DNA of 64,000 nucleotides, taken from NCBI GenBank assembly GCA_963720335.1, contig CAVRFS010000088.1, positions 4,297 to 68,296 on the forward strand, read 5' to 3'. Source of the stretch: an uncultured Planctomycetota bacterium. GTDB taxonomy: Bacteria; Planctomycetota; Planctomycetia; Isosphaerales; Isosphaeraceae. Position numbers and translations under genes: made by a program. Positions 23,888-34,156 of this stretch are shown here, in pieces. The stretch's first letter is position 1, and the number at the start of each line of letters is the position of its first letter. The notes under the pieces are model-generated. The model did not search any database and had not been told where the DNA came from. It saw only the letters and a list, made by a program, of their open reading frames with translations.

Positions 23888-24253
23888 ATGCCCGACCGTA
23901 AGAGTCTCGTTTCCGCGCTCTGGCTCACATCGTCGCTGGCGCTGCTGGCGTCGGTGCTGGTTGCGCCGATCCGGGCGTCGGGGTTCGTCTCCGTCTCGTC
24001 CTGGCCCGATTGCATCCGCAGCAATTCCACCCTACTGCCGGGCCAAAATACGACCCACCTCAGCGCAGCGATGGCAACCGACGCCGTCCTGCAGGTGAAT
24101 GCCCTTCCGTCCGAGAATGAAGAGCAGGATCGGGCCGATCCTCGGGACGAGCCTCGAGTTTCGTTCCTGAGCCCTTGTTCCTTCCGCAAGGTGCCCGATC
24201 ACCAGTTGATCGCCCCCCGCTCGATCGTCACCCTATACCCTCTCCGCTGTTGA
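23888..24253 (+). CDS. Possible secreted hypothetical protein
   Basis: Internal start MPDRKSLVSALWLTSSLALLASVLVAP in ORF 23777-24253, with GAGGGG upstream. No family recognised. It lies in a 1-kb gap between the OMF and MFP genes. Confidence 0.2.
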   Translation: MPDRKSLVSALWLTSSLALLASVLVAPIRASGFVSVSSWPDCIRSNSTLLPGQNTTHLSAAMATDAVLQVNALPSENEEQDRADPRDEPRVSFLSPCSFRKVPDHQLIAPRSIVTLYPLRC

Positions 24254-24673
24254 TCGTCCGCTGATGAACCCCTGTTTACGGGCTGATGTGTCGGTGGTCC
24301 TTCACGCGTCGTCCAGGCCCCGGCCTGGGGGAATAGCGTGTAATCAACCTCGCCGACTCTGCCAAACCGTGTCCTTGCCAATGCCCAGGTCTTGGGCTGG
24401 ACCTTCCTCATGATCGTCGGTTCGGCGTGACGCCGACGTCCATGATCGATCGACGACGACCTGCTAGGGAGAGCATCCGCCGCGCCCTCCGGCGCCACGT
24501 CGCCCGCCCCTGGCGTCGAACCAAGTCGGATCGCCGACCATACTCGAAGCCCTCCAATCCACATCGCGTTTCCTTGCCCAAGGGATCGGGACAGAGTCGA
24601 GTCGAGAAGTGTTGAACAGGAGCCCTGCAATGATTTCGATTAAGTCCGCCATGCGATGCGATGGTCATGATTG

Positions 24674-25885
24674 ATGAAGCTTGAGGTCGTCGTCCTGATC
24701 GGCGGCGGGACCATCGGCCTGTACAAGATGCGAGTAGACATCCCGGCGGCTGAACACTCCCAAGCTCTACGTGCATCAGTTGATTCCATGATGGTGCGTG
24801 CCGAGCCGATAAAAGCGTTCATCGTCCGCCAGTATGAGAAGTATTTTCACAAGCACGATGAGGAGACCCACCCGGAAGAACAACAGATCATGGTCACCAG
24901 CCCGATCGCAAAGGACGTCATCGTTACCCAGCAATTTGTCTGCCAGATCCGCTCGCGGCGACACATCGATGTCTGTGCACTGGAGAACGGGTATCTCAAG
25001 GCGATCGGGGTCAAGGAAGGCCAGGCGGTGAAAAAGGGCGATGTGATGTTCGAGATCATCCCAGTTCTTTACAAGGCAAGAGTGGGACGCCGAGGTGGCC
25101 GAGAGAGACTTCGCGAAACTGGAGATGGAATTACACCAAGAAGTTGGCCGACAAAAAAGCGTGTCTCTCAGAAGGAGGTGAGACTGTTCAAGGCCAAACT
25201 GGCAAAGGCCAAGGCCAAGGCGGATCTGGCGGAGGCCGAATTGAACTTTACCAAGGTCAAAGCACCTTTCGACGGCATCATCGACCGCCGTGCAAGAAGC
25301 TCGGGCAGCCTGATCAAGGAGGGGGACATCCTCACGACCTTGTCCGATAACAGCGTGATGTGGGTTTATTTCAACGTACCCGAGGCCCAATACCTCGAAT
25401 ACATGGCCAGCTCGGAGCAGGAAAAGGAGGATCGGAGGATCGAACTCGAGCTGGCGAACCACAGACAAGTTCCCGCCGGCCCGCCATCGGCTTTGACGAT
25501 CGAGGGCCAATTCAACAATCAGACCGGGAACATCGCCTTCCGGGCGGATTTTGAGAACCCGGGCGGCCTGCTGCGTCACGGTCAGACCGGCACCATCCTG
25601 ATCCACCGAACGTTTAAGAATGCTGTCGTCATCCCACAGCGGGCGACGTTCGAGATCCTCGACAAGCGATACGTTTGGGTCGTCGACGAGGATGACGTGG
25701 CGCATCAGCGGCTGATCACCATCAAGCACGAACTGGAGGACATTTTTGTAATCAATAGCGGACTTGACGTGGGAGACAAGATCGTTCTGGAAGGGGTTCG
25801 GCAGATTGAGGAAGGCAAAAAGGTGGAATACGAGTTTCGTAAGCCGGAAGAGGCCCTCAAGAACCAAAAATTCCACGCGGAATAG
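24674..25885 (+). CDS. Efflux RND periplasmic adaptor (MFP/HlyD family)
   Basis: N-terminal TM segment, GYLKAIGVKEGQAVKKGDVMFEI, and KVKAPFDGIIDRR. By manual frame comparison, the coiled-coil stretch 25075-25180 is garbled by compensating indels (..DAEVAERDFAKLE.. and ..YTKKLADKKA.. lie in other frames), one at the A6 run 25153-25158. Confidence 0.85.
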   Translation: MKLEVVVLIGGGTIGLYKMRVDIPAAEHSQALRASVDSMMVRAEPIKAFIVRQYEKYFHKHDEETHPEEQQIMVTSPIAKDVIVTQQFVCQIRSRRHIDVCALENGYLKAIGVKEGQAVKKGDVMFEIIPVLYKARVGRRGGRERLRETGDGITPRSWPTKKRVSQKEVRLFKAKLAKAKAKADLAEAELNFTKVKAPFDGIIDRRARSSGSLIKEGDILTTLSDNSVMWVYFNVPEAQYLEYMASSEQEKEDRRIELELANHRQVPAGPPSALTIEGQFNNQTGNIAFRADFENPGGLLRHGQTGTILIHRTFKNAVVIPQRATFEILDKRYVWVVDEDDVAHQRLITIKHELEDIFVINSGLDVGDKIVLEGVRQIEEGKKVEYEFRKPEEALKNQKFHAE

Positions 25886-25939
25886 CAACCGCTCACCGAC
25901 ATTCTCGACACCGAACACAACGAGAGTTGTTCCCGAACC

Positions 25940-28900
25940 ATGTTCACGAAAATCCTCCATCGGCCGGCATTCGCGATCGTCATCTCAATCATCCTCTTAT
26001 TCCTGGGGGTGCTGGGGATCAAGACCCTTCCGATCGCACAGTTCCCCAACATCGCGCCGCCGACCGTCATGGTTTCCATTTCTTATCCCGGCGCCAGCGC
26101 CAATGTCCTGGTCGAATCGGTTCTGATTCCGTTGGAGCAATCCATCAACGGCGTCCAGAACATGCGCTTCATTACCTCCTCCGCCACCAGTGCCGGTGAG
26201 GCGGCGATCATCATCTACTTCGAGCCGGGCACGGATCCAAACATCAATGTCGTGAACGTGCAAAACCGGGTCAACATCGTGCTGTTCCAGCTTCCGCCCC
26301 TGGTGCGTGCGCGAGGGGATCCTCGTCAGCCAGGTCGTGCCGAGCATGCTGATGTACGTGAACATTTACAGCACGGATCCCAACGCCGACCAGAAAGACC
26401 TCTTCAACTTCGCCAACGTCTACGTCATGCCCCGGCTCAAGCGGATCAAAGGCATGGGCATCCCCAGGAATCTCGGCAACCGCATCTTCGCGATGCGGGT
26501 CTGGCTGAATCCCGACCGCATGCGCGCCTACAACGTGTCCTCCGAGGATGTCATGAAGGCTCTGTCGGAACAGAGCATGATTGGTTCGCCCGGACGACTC
26601 GGCCAGGCCACAGGGAAGACGTCGCAATCAAAAGAGTACGTGTTGACCTATATCGGGCGCTACAACAAGCCAGAGCAGTATGCAAACATCATTTTAAAAG
26701 CAAATCCCGATGGGGAGATCCTGCGGCTCAAGGACGTTGGCGACGGTGGAGTTGGGTCCCCAGTTCTTCGATATTTACTCGGACATCAACGGGCATCCCG
26801 CGGCGTCCATCGTCCTCAAGCAGGCTCCCGGCTCCAACGCCGCCGAGGTGATCGAGGCGATCAAGGACGGAACTCGAGCAGATCAAGAAGGAATCATTTC
26901 CTCCCGGGATGGACTACGAATTCGCCTACGACGTCTCCAAATTTCTGGACGCCTCGATCGAAAAGGTGCTGCACACCCTACTCGAGGCGTTTATTTTGGT
27001 GTCTCTCGTGGTCTACATGTTCCTCGGGGATTTACGATCCACGCTGATCCCGACACTCGCGGTTCCGGTGTCGCTGGTCGGGACCTTCTTTGTCTTGCGG
27101 TTGATGGGCCTCTCGATCAACCTGATCACGCTCTTCGCAATGGTTCTCGCGATTGGTGTCGTGGTGGACGATGCGATCGTGGTGGTCGAGGCGGTGCATG
27201 CCAAGATGGCCCAGAAGCACTTATCGCCCTACCGGGCGACCATGGAGGTGATGCAAGAGATCTCCGGCGCGATCATCGCCATCACCCTCGTGATGACGTC
27301 CGTCTTCGTTCCGGTGACGTTCATTCCCGGGGCGGTCGGCACCTTCTACCGCCAGTTTGGGATCACGATGGCCACGTCCATCATTCTGTCCGGTCTGGTG
27401 GCCCTGACGCTGACGCCCGTACTCTGTGCGATGATCTTGAAGCCCCACAGCCACACCGGCACTGACTCCCACACGAGCGACAACCGACACACTGAACTCC
27501 CACACGAGCAACGTGGAAAGGCCGCGCGGACTGGGAGTCAAGCTGCTTTTTGCGCTGGGAGGGTTGCTGGTCTTGGGCGGAGTAACGTATCTGGCGTATG
27601 AGTTGTGGGGGCCGGCTGGCTTCCTGCTCATTCTTCTGCCGTTCGTGCGGGGTCCTTTTGACCGCGCCGTCGAGAAGGTCACGAGCGGTTATGCCGCGAT
27701 CGTGCGGCGGATCGCCACGCGCCGCACGCTGACCATGGCCGTCGTCGGGGGCTTTGCCGCCGGTATCGTTGTTGTCAACACGCAGCTCGCGACGGGTTTT
27801 ATCCCGGGCGAGGACCAGGGCATCATCTACGCCGTCCTCCAGACGCCTCCAGGCTCCACGCTCGAGTACACCAACGACAAATCCCAGGAGCTCGAGAAGA
27901 TCGCCAAGGAGATCAAGGAAGTCACCTCCGTCACCTCGTTGGCCGGTTATGAAGTTCTGACCGAAGGCCGCGGCTCGAACTCGGGAACCTGTATCATCAA
28001 CCTGAAAAACTGGTCCGACCGCAAGCGAACCGCACGCCAGATCATTGTGGATCTCGAAGAAAAATGCCGCCGGATGAGCAACGTGAAGCTCGAGTTCTTT
28101 GAACCGCCCGCGGTTCCCGGCTTTGGCACCGCCGGGGGTATCTCCATGCTCGTCCTCGACAAGACGTTCTCCGCTGATTACCAGCGGCTCGGAGAAGTGA
28201 CCGACAAGTTCATGGCCGCCCTGAAAAAGCGTAAGGAGGTGACGAACCTGTTCACCTTCTACGCCGCCAACTACCCGCAGTACGAGCTGATCATCAACAA
28301 CGACGTGGCCATGCAGAAGGGCGTGTCGATCAAGGCAGCGATGGACAACCTCAACATCCTCATTGGCAGCACTTGGGAGCAGGGATTCATTCGTTTCAAC
28401 CAGTTCTACAAGGTCTTCGTCCAGGCCCGGCCGGAGTTCCGGCGCTACCCAGAGGATCTGGACAACCTGTTCGTCAAGAACGACAAAGGGGAAATGGTCC
28501 CCTACTCCGCGTTCATGACGATCAAGAAGAAGCAGGGTTTGAATGAGATCACCCGGTATAACCTGTACACCTCCGCCGCCATTCAATGCGCGCCGGCTGC
28601 TGGCTACAGCACCGGTCAAGCCATCCAGGCGATCAAGGAGGTCGGCGCCACGAGACGCTGCCTCGCGGTTTCGACATCGGCTGGTCGGGTCTCGCTTACG
28701 ACGAGTCAAGAAAGGGGAACGAGGCGGTTTATATCTTCCTCATCGTCGTCGCCTTCGTCTATCTGGTGCTGGTCGGGCAATACGAGAGCTTTATCCTGCC
28801 GCTGGCCGTGATCCTGTCGCTGCCGGTCGGGCTTTTCGGTTCCTTCTTCTTCCTGCAGGCCATGGGTTTGGCTAACGACGTGTACGCCCAGATTGGTCTG

Positions 28901-29608
28901 GTCATGCTGGTCGGTCTGCTCGGCAAGAACGCGATCTTGATCGTGGAATTCGCGGTCCAACGGCGGCTGGAGGGCGTGTCTCTCCAGGAGGCGGCCGTCG
29001 AAGGCGCGAAACTGCGCTTCCGGCCGATTCAGATGACCTCCTTCGCCTTCATCGCTGGTCTCCTTCCGTTGGTCGTGGCCACCGGCGCCGGGGCGATCGG
29101 CAACCGAACCATCGGCACCACGGGAGCCGGCGGCATGCTCGTCGGCACGGTCATCGGAGTCTTGGTCATTCCCGGCCTTTATTATTTATTCGGCCAGCTT
29201 GACGGCGGGCGCAAACTCCTCAAGGACGAGTCGCATCAACCTCTCAGCGAGAGGCTCGTACACGGACACGTAACGACGGACACGACACGAGCGATGAACT
29301 ATACGAGACATGCACCGACACGAGCCCGATCGGGAACGGTCAGCATCGCCACCCGATTATTTCACGGCGAATTCGCCGCATGCAGCTACTCGAGGACAGT
29401 CGGATCCGAACCTCTGAGGCGATCCGTCCGGACCCGTCTGGCTTCATCAGTGATCGTCCCTGCTCGGCGAACTGCACGCCTGACGAATGCACTCCGCGCT
29501 TGTTCGTCTGAATCCGAAGCCTGCCTAGCCTCGACACTCTGTCGCCAGCCGTTGGAACCGAATTATGAAATCCGGGACTTGCAAAAGCCTCTTGACCATC
29601 GCTGGTGA
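25940..29608 (+). CDS. RND (HAE1/AcrB-like) inner-membrane efflux pump, copy 1
   Basis: MFTKILHRPAFAIVISIILLFLGVLGIKTLPIAQFPNIAPPTV.., FIPGEDQG, LLGKNAILIVEFA. It is read across ORFs 25940-, 26307-, 26710-, 26909-, 27513- and 28586- (at least 5 switches). Similarity to copy 2 stops near 29232, so the tail up to the stop at 29608 is doubtful. Confidence 0.85.
27462..27512 (+). repeat. Short tandem repeat (about 2 units of about 25 nt, CTGA(A)CTCCCACACGAGC(G/A)AC..) in the TM6-TM7 linker of RND copy 1
   Basis: Read directly. The paralogous site in copy 2 has about 3 units. Confidence 0.6.
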
Positions 29609-30022
29609 CTGCCGTACGTGTGGTAGTCGAGGATTCGAACCTTCGACGGCGATCCGGGCACGAAGCTTGCGAAGCAGACACCTCGCTCTCGACTGATCTC
29701 CCACCAGACGTTTGCTCGGTCGGGTTTCTCGTCGCAAATCACATCACAGAATGAAAATGTGTTGCGGCTGACTTCTGCAACAAGGCTATTCAGCAGAATC
29801 CTACTGCTACGCCGCTAGTGCAGAACTGAGAGTATGGCGAGGCGTCTCCCTTCCACTTCCGGCTCTGTCGGTATCTTATCCTACGGATAACTGCCGGTAT
29901 CCGAATATTCCACTCGATGCGTCTGTGAGGGTCTGATGTTCGACGCCAGGGTTGAAGCAGTCGTCGCCGATGATGTCGTGCGTAGCACATTCACGCAGAC
30001 TTTCGGGAGCGGTATCTAGACC

Positions 30023-32546
30023 ATGTTCACGAAAATCCTCCATCGGCCGGCACTCGCGATCGTCATCTCGATCATCCTCTTATTCCTGGGGGTGCTGGGG
30101 ATCAAGACCCTTCCGATCGCACAGTTCCCCGACATCGCGCCGCCGACCGTTATGGTTTCCATTTCTTATCCCGGCGCCAGCGCCAATGTCCTGGTCGAAT
30201 CGGTTCTGATTCCGTTGGAGCAATCCATCAACGGCGTCCAGAACATGCGTTTCATTACCTCCTCCGCCTCCAGTGCCGGCGAGGCGGCGATCATCATCTA
30301 CTTCGAGCCAGGCACGGACCCAAACATCAATGTCGTGAACGTGCAAAACCGGGTCAACATCGTGCTGTTCCAGCTCCCGCCCCTGGTGGTGCGGGAGGGG
30401 ATCCTCGTCAGCCAGGTCGTGCCGAGCATGCTGATGTACGTGAACATTTACAGCACGGATCCCAACGCCGACCAGAAAGACCTCTTCAACTTTGCCAACG
30501 TCTACGTCATGCCCCGGCTCAAGCGGATCAAAGGCATGGGCATCCCCAGGAATCTCGGCAACCGCATCTTTGCGATGCGGGTTTGGCTGAATCCCGACCG
30601 CATGCGCGCCTACAACGTGTCCTCCGAGGATGTCATGAAGGCTCTGTCGGAACAGAGCATGATTGGTTCGCCCGGACGACTCGGCCAGGCCACAGGGAAG
30701 ACGTCGCAATCAAAAGAGTACGTGTTGACTTATATCGGGCGCTATAACAAGCCAGAGCAGTATGCAAACATCATTTTAAAAGCAAATCCCGATGGGGAGA
30801 TCCTGCGGCTCAAGGACGTTGGCGAGGTGGAGTTGGGTCCCCAGTTCTTCGATATTTACTCGGACATCAACGGGCATCCCGCGGCGTCCATCGTTCTCAA
30901 GCAGGCTCCCGGCTCCAACGCCGCCGAGGTGATCGAGGCAATCAAGACGGAACTCAAGCAGATCAAGAAGGAATCATTCCCTCCCGGGATGGACTACGAA
31001 TTCGCCTACGACGTCTCCAAATTTCTGGACGCCTCGATCGAAAAGGTGCTGCACACCCTACTCGAGGCGTTCATTTTGGTGTCGCTCGTGGTCTACATGT
31101 TCCTCGGGGATTTACGATCCACGCTGATCCCGACCCTGGCGGTTCCGGTGTCGCTGGTCGGGACCTTCTTTTTCCTGCGGTTGCTCGGTCTCTCGATCAA
31201 CCTGATCACGCTCTTCGCGATGGTGCTGGCGATCGGTGTCGTGGTGGACGACGCGATCGTGGTGGTCGAGGCGGTGCATGCCAAGATGGCCGAGAAGCAC
31301 TTATCGCCCTATCGGGCAACCATGGAGGTCGTGCACGAGATCTCAGGCGCGATCATTGCCATCACCCTCGTGATGACGTCCGTCTTCGTTCCGGTGACGT
31401 TCATTCCCGGGGCGGTCGGCACCTTCTACCGCCAGTTTGGGATCACGATGGCCACGTCCATCATTCTGTCCGGTCTGGTGGCCCTGACGCTGACGCCCGT
31501 GCTCTGTGCGATGATTTTCAAGCCCCACAGCCACACCGGCAACTGACTCCCACACGAGCGACACCGACCCTGACACCACACGAGCGACACCGACTGACTC
31601 CCACACGAGCGACGTGGAAAGGCCGCGCGGACTAGGAGTCAAGCTGCTTTATGCGCTGGGAGGGTTGCTGGTCTTGGGCGGAATAACGTATCTGGCGTAT
31701 GAGTTGTGGGGGCCGGTTGGCTTCCTGCTCATTCTTCTGCCGTTCGTGCGGGGTCCTTTTGACCGCGCCGTCGAAAAGGTCACGGGCGGTTATGCCGCGA
31801 TTCTGCGGCGGATCGTCACGCGCCGAGCGCTGACCTCGGTCGTTGTGATGGGCTTTGCCGCCGGCATCTTACGTTGTGAACACGCAGCTCGCGACGGGTT
31901 TTATCCCGGGCGAGGACCAGGGCATCATCTACGCCGTCCTCCAGACGCCTCCAGGCTCCACGCTCGAGTACACCAACGACAAATCCCAGGAGCTCGAGAA
32001 GATCGCCAAGGAGATCGAGGAAGTCACCTCCGTCACCTCGTTGGCCGGTTATGAAGTTCTGACCGAAGGCCGCGGCTCGAACTCGGGAACCTGTATCATC
32101 AACCTGAAAAACTGGTCCGAGCGCAAGCGAACCGCACGCCAGATCATTGTGGATCTCGAAGAAAAATGCCGCCGGATGAGCAACGTGAAGCTCGAGTTCT
32201 TTGAACCGCCCGCGGTTCCCGGCTTTGGCACCGCCGGGGGTATCTCCATGCTCGTCCTCGACAAGACGTTCTCCGCTGATTACCAGCGGCTCGGAGACGT
32301 GACCGACAAGTTCATGGCCGCCTTGAAAAAGCGTAAGGAGGTGACGAACCTGTTCACCTTCTACGCCGCCAACTACCCGCAGTACGAGCTGATCATCAAC
32401 AACGACATGGCCATGCAGAAGGGCGTGTCGATCAAGGCAGCGATGGACAACCTCAACATCCTCATTGGCAGCACTTGGGAGCAGGGATTCATTCGTCTTC
32501 AACCAGTTCTACAAGGTCTTCGTCCAGGCCAAGCCGGAGTTCCGGC
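30023..32546 (+). pseudogene. RND efflux pump copy 2, 5' portion (interrupted by an IS)
   Basis: The first 507 codons are intact and nearly identical to copy 1. A 1-nt frame offset at AAGCCCC (about 31521-31527) joins it to ORFs 31614- and 31855-. Homology to copy 1 breaks at 32546, where an inverted-repeat-bounded element begins. Confidence 0.85.
31543..31613 (+). repeat. Short tandem repeat (about 3 units of about 25 nt) in the TM6-TM7 linker of RND copy 2
   Basis: CTGACTCCCACACGAGCGACACCGAC / CCTGACACCACACGAGCGACACCGA / CTGACTCCCACACGAGCGAC. In the downstream frame it reads ..TDSHTSDTDPDTTRATPTDSHTSDVERPRG. Confidence 0.6.
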
Positions 32547-34156
32547 TGGTTTCGCACATTTGGAGGCGGATGGACTGAGCAAAAAATCAGGTCGGCTTCC
32601 TCGCAAATTTTTGGCACCTTGTCATGGTTCTGAGGCAACAACATGGCGCCAAGGCAAGGAAGCCGACTTATGGAACTTATCGAATCCTTCCGCACGCTGC
32701 TACAGCAGTTCGACCCTGTCTTCACGGCCCCGACCTTTAACACCTATGTGGTTATCGTCACGGGCTGGATTCTCTCCCAACGTCATCGCTATGTAACCGA
32801 GATCATTTTCTCCAGTGGCCGTGTGGGCGACGGCCACTGGTCGCGGTTTCATCGTTTCTTCAGCCATGCCGCCTGGGACATCGACACCTTCTCCATGTAC
32901 TCTGGCCAAGCTGGTCGTGACGATCCTCGCCCCAGGCGCCCTTATCCTCTGGGCCGTCGATGACACCCTCTGTAGGAAACGCGGGTTGACCCTCTATGGG
33001 GCCGGTATGCATTACGACCCGCTCATCTCTAGCCGCTCCAAGGCCCTGGTCAGTTGGGGACATGACTGGGTCGTCCTCTGTCTGATCGTTGCGAATCCTT
33101 TCTGGGCTCCCACGAAAGTCTTTGCCTTGCCTATCGCCATGCGGTTGTACCGCAACCGCCAGGGACTGACCAAGGGAAAGAAGAGCAAGGGGAAAACACC
33201 ACGCCCTAAACGCGATCCGAATCATCGCACTCGACCTGAATTGGCCCTCGAACTCATCAATTTGGCCGCAGGGTGGTTTCCCAATGATGAGATTATCCTC
33301 ACCGGCGACAGCGCCTATGGCGGTCAAAGCATTCTCTCTTACCTGCCCCCCAACGTTCATCTCATCAGCCATGTCCATCCCAAGGGAGCGCTCTACGAAC
33401 CGGCACCGGCCAAGAAGGAAGGGAGCAAGGGCCGGGCCCGCAAGAAGGGAAAGCGGTTGCCTGGCATGAAGCAATGGGCCGAGGATTCCACGCGTACCCT
33501 GGACTCGACTCAAATTCAATCAGTTTGGCCTGCACGCCAGCTTGGCGGTCAAGACGACCCAAGCCCTCTACTACAAGGCGGGAGGCGACCGACTGCTGAC
33601 GATCGTTTTGGTGCGCGACCTGGAAGGGAAACGTCCCGAGCAGATGTTCTACTGTACGAAGCTCGATTGGACGGCGAGGCAAATCCTCTCGGCCTATGCC
33701 TGCCGCTGGGCGATTGAATGCACTTTTGAGTGTTGCAAGCAGTTCTTGGGTTTGGAAGATCCGGCCAATCGTCTTCCCAAGGCCGTCGAGCGGACCGCGC
33801 CCATGGCGATGTTTATCTACAGCTTGGTGGTGGTTTGGTTTCACCAGTACGGGTCATCAATTCCTCCGCTTTCCCTTCCGACCCTGGTATCGCAAGAAGG
33901 AAGAGCCGTCCTTCGCCGACATGTTGGCGACTCTGCGGCGACTCAGTTACGAGGAGAAAACCCGAGCAACTGCCTCCGGAACAGTGTGAGCTGAAAACCT
34001 GGATCGCCCAGCTCACCGAACTTCTCAGCCGACCGGCGTGAGAGCGGCGTCCGGCCACTGATTCCCGGCCTCATCGCACACGTTGGCGATCGACTCGCCG
34101 AAGGGAATCTTACCCCTCGGGCCGATCGCGATACCGCCTCAAATCTGCGAAACAGA
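32546..34156 (+). mobile_element. IS element (IS701-like, IS4 superfamily) inserted in RND copy 2
   Basis: Imperfect terminal inverted repeats: CTGGTTTCGCACATTTGGAGGCGG (32546-32569) against the reverse complement of CCGCCTCAAATCTGCGAAACAG (34134-34155). One transposase gene inside. RND homology resumes at about 34161 (AGAGGATCTGGAC). Confidence 0.8.
32643..34041 (+). CDS. DDE transposase (IS701/IS4-like), at least 3 frame switches
   Basis: N-terminus ..FDPVFTAPTFNTYVVIVTGWILSQRHRYVTEII..HWSRFHRFFSHAAWD; WAVDDTLCRKRG; ILTGDSAYGG; YACRWAIECTFECCKQFLGLED (Y-x2-R-x3-E). Pieces are ORFs 32643-, 32815-, 33542-, 33696- and 33730-34041. Confidence 0.8.

Noticed and set aside
23600-24670. Possible degraded gene in the 1-kb gap between the OMF and MFP genes
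   Set aside because: Apart from one weak signal-peptide ORF, no frame gives recognisable protein sequence. I cannot distinguish a decayed gene from a spacer.
24776-28709. Long minus-strand ORFs opposite the MFP and RND genes (24776-25960, 394 aa; 27381-28709, 442 aa). Similar cases are 8303-9169, 15220-15768 and 16593-17462.
   Set aside because: These are typical GC-rich antisense ORFs. The opposite strand carries unmistakable MFP, RND, barrel, MBOAT and AlgJ motifs.
25940-29608. Calling RND copy 1 a pseudogene because of at least 5 frameshifts
   Set aside because: The same error pattern affects neighbouring genes, including conserved ones, and is linked to homopolymers. Without reads, I cannot separate decay from consensus error.
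29621-29707. Calling this a functional tRNA (type II, Ser/Leu/Sec-like length)
   Set aside because: Only the T arm and a 6/7 acceptor pairing can be drawn. No anticodon stem forms, because the CGC loop has just 2 supporting base pairs. I kept it only as a tRNA-like fragment finding.
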